Shown here: in pieces, positions 39,066 to 52,255 of the stretch
How the letters are laid out: each line of letters starts with the position of its first letter
How positions within the stretch are numbered: the first letter of the stretch is position 1
Assembly (NCBI GenBank): GCA_012295275.1
Contig: CM022669.1
Coordinates: 7,564,001-7,628,000 of the forward strand
Direction: 5' to 3'
From: Chrysomallon squamiferum
Lineage: Eukaryota > Animalia > Mollusca
DNA: 64,000 nucleotides
Program-made: the position numbers and the translations under genes
The notes under the pieces: generated by a model
Databases searched by the model: none
Told to the model about the DNA's origin: nothing
What the model saw: the letters and a program-made list of their open reading frames with translations, nothing else

Positions 39066-40826
39066 TCCTAGCCAAAAAAGTGTAAAATGAAGATTACTTT
39101 TCGTTCCGAGTCAAGTCCAGATAGTGCAGGATAGATAAAACCTGCTGATCAAATGCACTGTGTAACAAAGCCTCGTTTTCGTTCTCAAAGATGCCGTAAT
39201 TTCCGTATCGAAACTGTTTGATGTTGTCTTGCGTTATGATGTCTAAATACTAAATACTAAATGTTAAAACTTTATAAGGTTTTGAGACGGCCGCTAGAAC
39301 TAGAAAATGAACTAAAATTGAGTATCAACAAAACCTGCAAACGTGACACCCAAAACAAATTAAGGTAATAACATTGGTATCATTATCAACTTTCTTATTG
39401 TTGTTTTAATTGATGTTTTAAATGACAGTACAGAAGATCTGAACCCGTGACATTTGAAATGGAGTCGTGACATCATCACACACAGCAGATTGATGGTTCA
39501 TTAGTTCTAATAGTTGTTGTTCGTCTGAACTAGAAGAAATTTACCTCAAATTGCCTGGCCCCCTTTACACAGTGATGTCACAATTATAGAAATATGGAAA
39601 TTTCACATATTTCTGAAGTGTATTCTTTTGTTTTTTATATTTTGTTATTAATGAAAATATAAATACAACATAGCTTGGAAGTATGCAGAATATTATACTT
39701 TTATTATTATTTTTTTTTTTTTTTTTTTTACCTCCTCAAGGAACACATTAATATTAATAATAATATAAACATTTGTATATTCAACCTAGAGACCTTGAAC
39801 ATAAACGATTTTTATTTTATGTTGAGCTTATTAATAAAGTGGTCATTTCCAGTACATCACTCTGGGCGTTATAAAAGAAATGGTTGATTAAAATTATTTC
39901 CTTTAAAAGAAGAGAGTCATGGAGCATATCTTGAATCATTGGGACAAGTCAGTTGAATTGATACAAATCCTTTTTTTTTTTTCTTTTTCTTAATGCTATT
40001 AATAATTGCATACCTTAATTTGAATGTACATTCCACATAATTTTATTCAAAGAAAGGTATACCCACTAAAATTGTGTTGTTTTTATACACTTTTGTTTTT
40101 CAAAATATGGATAGCAAATCCCTTGAATATGAATTATTGTTAACAGAGAACTAAATATGACCTTTATTTCTATTGTCACAGACATATATTATCTTGATGT
40201 GATTATATTTTATTTTTTTGCATATATTAGTTATTTAAGAACATAGTGTTTCCATTGTTTTTATATTTAAAACATTATAATATATACAATTTTGTCAGGA
40301 CAAAGATCTTTGAGGTACATATTTGTTTTAATATCTCACAGTGACCATAAATAAGATAAAACTGAATGTTGGTAAAAAAATTTTTAACTGATACAAGATT
40401 TGTTAATTTTCAAAGCACCCTTTATTTCCCACAAAGATGTTTTTTAAAAACAATCAAAAGTGTTTTCCAAGAATCCAACCTGGAATGCCTCCTATAAAAC
40501 TATCTGTTGATACAAAGTGGTAAAAGAAAGCTTTGTGATGGTAAGAGGTTTCTTTTCCTCTAAACCATTCATGAAATCTGAAAAGAGTTTTAAAATTGTA
40601 TTTATTTATTTTTGTTTATTTATATTGTGTGTTTTTTTGTTTGTTTTTTTTGGGGGGGAGTAGTTGGTTTTTAAATTTTTTTATTTTTTATTTATTTTTT
40701 TAATTATTATTATTAATTTTAATTCTAATTTTTATTTATTTATTTTATTATTATTTTTTATTATTATTATATATAGATATATATTTTTTTTTTTTTTTAT
40801 TTTTTTTTTTTTTTTTTTTTTTATAG

Positions 40827-43584
40827 ATGTCTCAGCATAGTTTAGATGATGAAGTCCTTGAGGATGCCACTTTAGATGAAAGTAAGTAAACAAAATTAAT
40901 GTGTTTATTACACCATGTAGCAGACTTTCTCTTAGAAATACCTTTTTTTCTTTTTTGTCTTAATTTTTTTCTTTCTTTTCTTTTTAATTAGTAGAAACAC
41001 TGCAAATATTATTTCACAAAACACTGTTTCCAATATTTTTCCAGTAATTGGTGAATACTTCTTTCACTTTTTAAGTTATTTTCATCATTTTCATTTGTAA
41101 TTAACGTGCTATAGAGAACAGTTTAAAATGTACTCTACCTCAACAAATAGCCTACATATCACATTATATATTTCCCAATAATTGCTTTGTTTGTCCTTAT
41201 AAACATTATTTGATAATAATAAAGTCTGGCAATGATATGGCAAGATTCAGTATATGCATTTGTTTTATACATCTTCATATCTGAACAATTTGGTAGTGTC
41301 GTTTCTTTATTGTTTTATTGTTTTATAATTTTTATTTATTTATTTTATTTTATTTTTTTATATATATATATATTTTTTTAATTTAATAACTATTCTTTTA
41401 TTGTTGATTTAGAAGGAAAATGTCATGGTCATCAATAACATCCAGTCAGGGTCCTTTTAATGTTTTGCTTTTATGTTTAGTATAAGCTTGAAAGGAATTA
41501 CAAAACCTAGTTTTTACATTGCACAAATATAGCCTATAAATATAAATGTTACTTAAAAAGACTACCAGCATTTGATGTTTAACTATAATCCTCAGCAATA
41601 CATAAACTCAGCTAATCTTTGGACTCATCTCCAGAAAGGAATTGCAGGTACTAATTGGAGGCAATAAAATGTATACAATCATGAGACTAAAGGCAATTAA
41701 AGGCAGACATAAAATACTCATTTTAGCTTTGTACTTGCTGTGATTTGACTGAAAACAAAAGTTACCTATCGTCTAACCATTGTTGAAATTTTCTCTGATG
41801 GAGCTTATCAACAAACAAAAATAATCTAAGCTTTAAGACTGAACAATTTATGATTTTATGATATTAAAAAAGTGATTAGTTTTTCATTCAGCATTCTGTC
41901 AATACCTCTGAATACATTATTCTGTTACGTAGTATAGTTTGTTATGTTAACGATTCTTAATTTGCCGTTTGTCGCAATAATTTTGAAAGCAAAACAGTCA
42001 CCTGTCTTGGAACGGAACAGATGGAAATCGGCAAAACACGATGTTAATTCGTTGATTTCAGAACATATTCATATTATATACAGTAAAGGTCAGATCATAT
42101 AATAAAGCATGAATCCTACACGTTATTAAAAATATAATCAAATAAAGCATAGATATCCTTTTATTATATATATATTATTTTAGTTCAGAAATCTAGCAAA
42201 TATGGATGTTTCTTATTCGTAATAATTAATTATCGGTAATCTTTGATGATAGTAATAAAAACCAATATTTACTCTAATCAAACTTGTATTTCTTTGTATT
42301 TGTGTTTCAATAGGTGATAGTGGATGCGGCAGCAACACGTCTAGTTTCCACCAACTTTCTTCTCATCCTCAACCAGCTAGTTTAGGAGAAAATGTGTCTA
42401 GTTCTAATAATTCGACTGTTTCACTGCCTGACATTGTATCCAGTGCATCCATATCAAGTTTGGACTTTCTAAATGAGTCCTACACTGATGAAGAAGTGGA
42501 GGAATACGTTTGGATGATGGATTATAAACTTAAGGAACAATTCCATGATGTTCTGGTTTTGTCCTGTGAAGATGATGATAATCTTGTAGAGGAGTTTTGT
42601 AAAGGTCTCAATAAGATATTACTCAGAAACAAGAAGCCTCCTAAAGTTATAAAATGTTCAGATTTTTCCCCTGAGGTAACTTCAAAAATTACAAATTTAG
42701 AATTTGCTCTGGAACGGTGTACTTATATTTTTCTGTTTCTTACAAACAACTTTGTAAATGATACTTGGACTAAATTTTCTGGTGAAACTTGTCTAATGGA
42801 GGCCATAACCAATCCAAAAAAACAGTGGTGTGTGGTGCCAGTTTTCACAGAACCAAAGAGAAGCTGCTCATTTAAAATACCTCCAAGTCTGAATTCTCTG
42901 AAAGGAGTCCAGTACTCAAATGATCCTGATGACCAACGCTACAAAGAATCTGTGAAGAACATTTTAGATAGAAAGCTGCACATTCGACTGAGAAATGAGG
43001 ACAATTTAATGAAAAAGAGAAAGAAATGGATTAAAGACTTCAAGACTAAGAAATACTTTAGACAGAAACAAGAAGAAGAAAAACAAAAGCAGCATAGTCA
43101 GATGCTTGAAACTCGGATTAGCTCAACTCTGCATTCTAGATGTTTTAATAAACAACAGTATGAAACTATGTACACAGGTGCAGATGCCGACCACATTTAT
43201 CCAGTTGGTGCTGTATCTGTAGAACAGATGTTCCCACAAAGTTATTCTGAGACAACATATAACAGCCTTGATCCCAATGTTTCTGAAGATGCAGCTTCTT
43301 TTGAACCAGATTCACATACCTTGCCAAGACTACAACAGTTGAATCAAGGACCTGTTCTGCTGAATATGCCAGCCGTTTCTCAGGACAACCTGCCCAGTGA
43401 CAGAGATGTAACCGATTCACCACAGACCTGCGTGACGAACTCTGGAGAACCTGACTTGACTAACATGGCACCTGAAGCACTAGGAGACCCTGCTGCTGCA
43501 CCTTTCAGATCCACACACAATTCTGCTTGCTTGAAACAGCCGTTTAATTTAGAATATGAATACGACAAGTTGAATCTAAAATAG
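40827..43584 (+). CDS. TICAM/TRIF-like TIR protein copy A, 441 aa, lacking RHIM and CaaX
   Basis: Exons 40827-40881 (MSQHSLDDEVLEDATLDE) and 42314-43584, phase 1. TIR at ~42541-42975: DVLVLSCEDD...NLEFALERCTYIFLFLTNNFVNDTWTKFSGETCLMEAI...WCVVPVF...IPPSLNSLKG. A basic/charged helix follows. Confidence 0.85.
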
Positions 43585-43790
43585 TTAAATTCAGTGAGCT
43601 CCGCAGGAGGAACACACTGAAGAAAACGATTTTGCAGATCCTTCTCCTAATCCAGTAAGAGAACCATCAGAACCATTGTGTTTTTATAATCATCATGACT
43701 TTAATCATTTCTTTTAAATGAATTCAGAAACTAAAATTATAATAATCTTCCTTACCTTATGTTCGTAATAAATAAATGTTTGTATTGTTG

Positions 43791-43846
<56 letters not shown>

Positions 43847-45262
43847 GATCATGACTTTAATCGTTTGTTTAAAATGAATTCTGAAACTAAAATTTATGAA
43901 TTAATACTATAACAAAAAATAAAAAATAAATGCTGATTTATACATTTATTTGAAACATGTCGGAGTTCAAAACATGATGAGTGAATTCGTTAAAATTTCC
44001 AACGAATGAATCAGCAGGATTGATTTAATTATATTCTAACAACTACATGAAACATTTTAATTTTTATCGATTTCGTTGTTTGTATTTTCTTCTTCTTTTA
44101 TTTATTTGTTTCCCCCAGTTTTTAAATATGGTAACATTTTTTTTTTTTTTCATATTCGATATAAATTTGCCGTATGTAATTATACTTTATATATAACGAA
44201 TGTAAAGATGTTTTCTTGTGTGCGTATATGTATGTGTGTGTTCTTTATTAAGGAGTACTTGTTACTTTGTATAAAGAAAAAATAACATTGTACTAACATG
44301 TTAAATAAAGTTTTTATTACAGCGTTAACTGTAAAAAATTGTGTAACTAAATTATCAGTAAGTGCTTTTATCAAACTTAATCGTTGTATTGGCGGCATAT
44401 GAATGGTTAAAAACTTTTTTAAATTTAAAATAAGTTTCTAAAATAAAAAACCATATATTCTATTTTTTATAACTGAATTTATTGATTCAGTTTTGTACAT
44501 TTAAGATGTATTTTGAGGTAAAACAGAAATAGTGCTTATTTTATATTTGTGATGAAAGATATTGAATAAAACAGATATATTTAAAACTTGTTTCTGCTGC
44601 ATTTGTTGTTGTCATTGTTTTGTTTGTTTATTTAGTGGGTTGTTGTGGGGGGTTTTCGAGGGGGTTGGGGCTGGCATGTTGGTGGTGTTGTTTTTTGTGG
44701 GGTTTTTTCTTACGTACTTTCTTTTTATTTATTTAATTTTTATTATTACTATTATTTTTTTTTTTTTTTATTTATGTTCTTTTTAAAAAAAAAAAAAAAA
44801 ATTCCTACATAACGGTGAATGAATTATACTTTTGTTATTTTTTTTTTATTTTTTATTTTTTTTTTTTTTTTTTTTTAAGCTTACTTAGGATGCACTGTTT
44901 CGGCTTTCTCATTCACTTAATCTATCGATGTGTACTTTTGATAATGAGAAGAAACAGTATCGATCTGATCTGCAGTGATACAGCTTATGCAAAGGATTTC
45001 TTTCTTTGGTTTTTCCACATAAAAATAAAACTATCATTCAGCTATGCCTTGACAAATGCTTTATAAAAGTATTATATTATTCTCATACATCCTTTGTTGT
45101 TAACTATGATAAATCGCTCAAAACAAACAAAATAATAAACTTAATAACACTATCTCTCTCTCTATGTATGTGTGTGTGCGTGTGTGTGTATGTGTGTGAG
45201 TCTCTCTCTCCTCCTCCCTCCCCCCTCCCTCTCTTCCTCTCCACCTCCCTCCCTCCCTCCCT

Positions 45263-45380
<118 letters not shown>

Positions 45381-46131
45381 TTGTGTATGTAGGTCTCTCT
45401 CTGTCAGACTCCGTGGAGAAACTCATGACAAAAGCTGTTGACCAATATTTAAAATTATATCAAAATCCTGACGATTTCTTCACGTAATAGACGTTTGTAA
45501 CACTTATATAGAATAATTAACTTCCTATTAAATCGCTGACTATGCTTATTTAAAGCTAATATTATATGATAATAATGCAGCATGTTTCATATTATCTCTC
45601 TCTGATCTCAAGACAAGAGACCTGACACGTGTACGTCTGCGCGTGTGTGCGTGTGTATGTGTGTGTGATTGTCAAGTTGTGGTAGTATCTGATTAACTGT
45701 TTTATTTTGGTTTAAGATTAGTAAATATATTCAAAATATCTGATATCTTAAAACCTAAACTGCTAAAGATCATCTATCCTTTGATAATTAATTTTCTAAA
45801 TTTTTATTAATTTTAAATTACACAACAGACGCACACGAACACATACCCACTCATACTCGTAAAACACTGTGGTCATGTTGCAGTCAGAAATGTTAAAAAT
45901 ACGTTTTTATGTCTTTCAATTAATTATAATTAATTTTATTTTGTTGTGTAAACAAGAAGTTGGCTACTGGTTTAAAAAACACAACCAAGTCAATATATGA
46001 AATAAACAAAAACTAGAACTCGGTTCCAAAAGTTGGTTTACCAGAACTCATCATTAAGAATTTGTACATAAAAAGAATGTACTTCTTTATAAACTTTTTA
46101 TTTATTATTATTGTTACTACTGTTTTTGTTA

Positions 46132-46215
<84 letters not shown>

Positions 46216-46677
46216 ATAGAAAAATGTTTTACTTTTCCTAGCCAAAAAAACTGTAAAACGAAGATTACTTTTTAAGGACCTAAGTTCATTTTAAACACCA
46301 AAATAATGCATTTACGTTAGGAATAATTTGCTGTTTTCTTTGTGTTTCTTTCTTCACAGTACCTGTTGTATATTCTACCAGTAGCAGCACATAATTCTCT
46401 AGCAAAATAAATGGGAAAAACATGAAATGGCACATTTTATTAATATTTGTGACACATAAAATCATAAAACTAAATTAGTCTTGATGCTTTCAAAACCAGA
46501 AGAGAAGTGATGTGTACAGCTGTTCAATAGTTTATCGTTACGCCTAGCCTTACAATGCTAACGGTGCATACCAAGTCCGCATCGCAAGATAGCGCAGGAT
46601 CGGGATCGTAAGAATGCGCAACGCAATCTTAAGATCGCGCAATACAAGAACTTCACTATAGAGCCTCGTTTTCAAAA

Positions 46678-46692
46678 TGAAATTCCCGGAAG
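46678..46692. promoter_or_regulatory. Overlapping kB-like and ETS motif upstream of copy B
   Basis: TGAAATTCCC (GGGAATTTCA on the minus strand) overlaps CCGGAAG. The homologue TAAAATTCCCGGAAG is at 56376-56390, upstream of copy C. Confidence 0.4.
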
Positions 46693-47106
46693 ACATTGTC
46701 ATTTCCACCTCGAAACTTTTGTTGTAGTTGTCGCGTTGCACGATGATTTTTAAATACTAAATATTAAAAATGTATAAATCTAAATATACATTCATGTTAA
46801 CCTGAATTTCAAACCGCAGTTGCTTGTCATAAAGTTTATGACGATTCACGCGATTCATGCGAGATCGATACTTTTCGACTTTCGTTACGGCCTGCTAGAA
46901 CTGGAAGTTGAACTATAACTGAGTATCCAGATGACCTGTTAAAAGTGTAACCAAAAACAACTTAAGGTAATAACATTGATATCATATTATTATTTTTTTT
47001 TTTTTTTTTTTTTTTTTTATTGATTTGTTTGAACACGTGACATTTGAAAAGGAGTCGATGACATCATCACACACAGCAGATGCATGGTTTATTAACTATT
47101 AGTTCT

Positions 47107-47118
47107 GAAACTGAAACT
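47107..47118. promoter_or_regulatory. ISRE/IRF consensus site
   Basis: GAAACTGAAACT, i.e. AGTTTCAGTTTC on the minus strand, at the edge of a copy-B-specific insertion. Confidence 0.45.
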
Positions 47119-48666
47119 AAGAAAAATGAACTTGCTAATCAGAGCAAGCTGTTGTGATGCACGACTACGACGGGCACGATTTCTGACAGGTCAGTGGGCG
47201 TGTCCGTCGCAGAAAAGAGTTTTGGGTAAGGATAGAGAATGGGTTCTCGTTACGATTGCAGGATACAAGGGAGTGTGCTGCATATCGCATCGAAACGAGT
47301 CGGTTCCAGTTGTAGTTCGTCTGACAACACTTGAAATAGAAGAAACTTTAGAGCAAATTACCTGGCTCCTTTACGCAATGATGTCACATACAATAGAAAT
47401 ATGGCACCACTCAGATATTTCTGAAATGTATTCTTTTGTTTTTATATTTTGTTATTGATGAAAATACAAATAAAATATAACTTGGAACTATGCAGAATAA
47501 TATGATAATTTTTTGTTTAATTTAATTTAATTTTTTTTTTTTTTTTGCTTTTAATTTCACGAGGGTACATTAATATTAAAATTAATATTATAAACATTGT
47601 ATAAACAACAGAGATACCTTGAACATAAATGATTTAAATTTTTTGTTGAGCTTATTAATAAAGCAATAATTTCCAGTACCACTTCTCCCTGGGCCTTACA
47701 ACATCATTCATGCAAAAGAAATGGTTAATTCCAATTATTTCCTTTAAAACAAAAGAGTCATGGAGCATATTTTGAAATACTGGGACAAGTCAGTTGAATT
47801 CAGTAACAAAATCTTTTTTTTTTTATGTTACAAAGTTTAAGCATTATATATCTTAATTTCCATACAATTTTATTCAAAAAAAAAGGTATTCCCACTAAAA
47901 TTGTGTTATTTTTTATACATTCATGCTTTCAAAAATATGGTTAGCAAAATCACTTGAAAATGAATTATTAGTAATAATATCAACAACAACAATAATTTAA
48001 TAAAAGATAAGAGAGCGATAATAGAATTGTAGTGAGTGTAATTTGCTTTGTAATTTCCAACACAACAGAGAACTAAATATGACTTTTATTTCTATTTTCA
48101 CCGACATATATTATCTTGATGTGATTATATTTAATATTTACATATATTTATTCTTTCAGAACATTGTTTTGGGGTTTTTTTTTTTTGGGGGGGGGGTTAA
48201 ATATAAAACCTAAAACTATATAGAGTTTTGACTGGATAAAGATCTTTGAGGTACATATTTAATATCTTACAGTGACCATAAATATCATAAAAACGAATGT
48301 TGGTAAACACATTTTTTTTACTTATACAAGATTTGTTAATTTTCAAAGCACCCTTTACTTTATTTCCCAGAAAGACGATTTTTAAACAATCAAAAGTGTT
48401 TTCTTTAAATATCTGTTGATACAAATTGGTAAAAGAAAACGTTGTGGTAATACTAATAGGTTTCTTTTCTTCCGAATAATTCAAAAAATCTGAAAGCAGG
48501 TTTTGAATTTGTATTTATTTTGTGTTTATTTATACTTTTTTATTATTATTATTATTTATTTAATTTTTTATGATTAATTTTATTCATTTAATTTTTTCCT
48601 CTTTTATAGTTTTAGTGTTTTATTATTAATTTTAATTTTTGTTTAATTTTTTTTTTTTTTTTATAG

Positions 48667-51600
48667 ATGTCTAACTGTAGTTCAAGTGATCAAATTGTTG
48701 AAGATGCCACTTCAGCTAACAGTAAGTAAACAGAATTAATTGTTTATTAAACACTTTAGCAGACCTTCTTTAAAAAAAACTGTTTTCCTCTTTCTTTGTT
48801 TCTTAATGATTTTTTCTTACTTCAGTAGAAACACATCAAATATTATTTCACAAAACACTGTTGTTCCAAATTTTTTTGGTGACCAGTGAATACATCTTTT
48901 ATTTTTAACTTACTTTCATCATTTTTCTTTGTAATTAACATTCTTGAATCTATACAGAACTGTTTAAAATGTACTGTACCTCAACAAATAGCCTACCTAG
49001 ACACCATATATATATATATATATCACAATAATTGCAGATTTTGTCCTTATAATCATTATTTGCTAATAATAAAGTTTGAGATTTAGTGTATGCATTTGTC
49101 GTTTTTCTTATAAATTTATTGCAAAAACAAATGTTCATAGTAATGTATAGTTCAGAATAAATGACACAAGTTAATTCAGATATTTTGCAGTCAAATAGTA
49201 AAGCCACTGGAGTCTGTCCCAGTAAAATTTTCACTACAATCTGAAAAAGGTCAAATAAAGCAAAGATATCCCTTTATTCTTATATATATATATATATCAA
49301 ACCTATCAAATATAGTTATTATTTTTAGTTCAGAAATCTAACACAAATATGGATGCTTCTTATTCGTTATAATTAATTATGTGTAATATTTGATGATAAT
49401 AATAAAAACTAATATTTACTCTAATCAAACTTGTATTTCTTTGTATTTGTGTGTCAGTAGATGAAATTGGATTTGCCAGCAACACGTCTAATTCACACCA
49501 ACATTCTGCTCATCCTCAACCTGCTAGTGCAGGAGATAATGTGTACAGTCCTAATAAGTCTACTGCTTCACCTGCTGAAACTGTATCCAGTGCATCCATA
49601 TTAAATTCTAACTACATATTTGAGTCCTACACTGATGAAGAAGTGGAGAAATACATACCATTGATGAATTATCAACTTAACACAGAATTCTACGATGTCC
49701 TTGTTTTGTCCTGTGAAGATGATGATGATCTTGTAGAGGAGTTTTGCAAAGGTCTCAAACAAATATCACTCAGAAACAATAAGCCTCCGAAAGTTATAAA
49801 ATCTTCACATTTTGCTCCTAGGGTAAATCCAAAAATTACAAATTTAGAATTTGCTTTGGAACGATGTACTTATATTTTTCTGTTTGTTACAAAAACATTT
49901 GTAAATGATAAATGGAAAAAATTTTCTGGTGAAACTTGTCTAATGGAGGCCATAAACAATCCAGAAAAACAGTGGTGTGTGGTGCCAGTTTTCACAGAAC
50001 CAAAGAGAAGCTGCTCGTTTAAAATACCTCCAAGTCTGAATTCTCTGAAAGGGATCCAGTACAGGAAAGGTCCTGATAACAGTTTCGACAAAGAATATGT
50101 GAAAAAACTTTTGGACGAAGGGCTGCTCATTCGAGAGAGAAATGAGGCCATTTTTAGGAAAAAGAGAAGGAAGTGGTTTACAGAATACAAGACTAAGGAA
50201 TACATTAGAAAGAAACAAGAAGAAGAGGAACAAAAGCATGAAAATCAGATTGGGTCACCTCTGTCTTCTGGGTTTATTAATAAACAACAGCATGAAAATG
50301 GGTACCCATGTCCAGATGCCGACCACATTTATCCAGTTGCAGAGTCAAGGGAAGTTGGTGCTGTAACAGAAGAACAGGTTGTCCTGCAAGGGGCAAGCAG
50401 CTCCCAGAGGTATTCTGAGACAAAATGTAACAACCTTGATTCCAATGTTTCTGAAGATGCTGCTGTTTTTGTATCAGATTCCCAGACTATGCCAAAGCAA
50501 AAACAGTTTAATCAAGGAGAAGTTCCTCAGAATATGCATTGTAATATACCACAGACAACGTGTCAAAGTTCTGTACCAAGTTACAAACCTCAGGTATCTG
50601 CTGCCCAGTCACAGGCATTTTCTCAGTCAGAGAGAATGGTGCCTGACAAAGACTTGTATGATGTATTACCTAAGGAGTCTGAAACTACACACATCCATGT
50701 GACTCTGAACATATCGAATACAGAATGTGTTATCTTTGGAGAAAATAATGTAGCATCTATTCAAAATCGTGAGAAACGTGTAAACAATTTGATACAGGAG
50801 AGTGACCAAAGTACGCAATCTGTATCAGCCAGGTGAGTGGTATATACAGTACCATCGCATTTATCAATAGGTGTTGCACAGTAAATCTGTGATCAGATAC
50901 AAAAAGAAAAGTTTAATTAAGCAAGAGAACTGTGAAAAAAAATAATTACTTCTGCTTGGTATTTATTATTTATTTAATTAATATTTAATTGCATCTAAAA
51001 CCTAAATAGAGCAGTGCAAACTAATTAAAGGTTTTGCCTTCAATTTGCTTCAGGTCAGAAGCAAACCCACACACAACAGAACAGCCTTTGGCTTCCACTA
51101 CAGTGTCAGCTGTTTCTCAGGACAACCTGCCCAATGACAGAGATGCAACCTATTCACCTCAAACCTGTGTAAAGATCTCTGGAGAGCCAGTCTTGCCTAA
51201 AATGCCACCAGAAGCACTAGAAGTCCCTGCTGCTACACCTTTCAGATCCACAAACAACTCTTCAAAACCTGTTTGCGTGATACCACCATTTAATCTATTA
51301 GGAGAACCATCAGCACTAAAAGACATTGTTGCTTCACCTTTCAGATCTAATCCAGGTACAGTATCAGACATTCCTGTAAACTATATTTATATTTCTAAGG
51401 TAGTATATTATAGAGATATTTAGTAAAATATATATCTTTAGTAACAATCACTCTTTCTACTATACATGTGTGTGTGGGAATGTGCCAATTCAAATCTAGA
51501 TAGCTGTAGACTATGACAACTCTAATAATGATATTATTTTTCATAAAACTTGTTTGTGGATAAAAAAAACTTTCCATCAGTAATTGGACATCAGCTAATA

Positions 51601-52255
51601 ATAAGTATAATTTTATTTTATTTTTTAATTTAACTTTTATTTTTTATTTTTTATTTTTTATTGTTTTTATTATTATTTACTAAATAGTTTAAACTGTTTG
51701 CACCATCGCAGCTGCAGTTTGAAAAAGAAACCAATAAAACAAATTAGAGTAATTAGAGTATAAATATGCTGCTGAGCCTGTTTTAACCATTAACCTAATT
51801 ATAGTGTGCTTTCTGATTGTCTGCTTTTAATTTCATTAATCTTCTCAGTACATTAAAAAGATAAACTTCCCCCATTTCTATAAAATATTCGTTATTATTT
51901 AATTTAGTCTAATTCAGGTCCAGAACATAAATGTGCAGTCTTGCATACATACACATGCCAACAAACATGCAAACATAGACACACACACAAACAAAGATGA
52001 TACACCTCTCTGATGCCTTTTTATTTGTTTTTAGGACTAGAAGGAAGAAGAAATAAAAGAAGAATGAATGAAGCCAGTGACACAAGTTGTGAACAGAATG
52101 GAAGCAGTTCTGTGGATCCAAACTTTTATAATGTTCCTTTCAGGTCTTGCAGAGAGAGTGAACTTCAGCAGAGTAATTCAGCAAATGTGGCTGAATTAAA
52201 TAACAATGATAATAATGAAACAGACAAATTGCATAACATATGTTTTATAATATGA
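48667..52255 (+). CDS. TICAM/TRIF-like TIR protein copy B, ~649 aa: TIR, basic coil, RHIM-like motif, C-terminal CaaX
   Basis: Exons 48667-48721, 49461-50832, 51054-51355 and 52035-52255 (phases 1, 2, 1; all GT-AG) give an uninterrupted 1950-nt CDS. TIR at ~49688-50120, LNISNTECVIFGENN at 50705-50749, ending CFII*. Confidence 0.85.

Noticed and set aside
42394-43584. GTG-initiated single-exon or bacterial-type (Thoeris-like) TIR genes, also at 49451 and 58725
   Set aside because: Each is an internal exon preceded by an acceptor and a conserved 55-nt ATG exon. The TIRs are TICAM-like and lack the canonical catalytic Glu.
49870-50702. Antisense and alternative-frame ORFs over the TIR exons (also 43166-43568 and 59054-59266)
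   Set aside because: They are shadows of the coding exon with no independent features.
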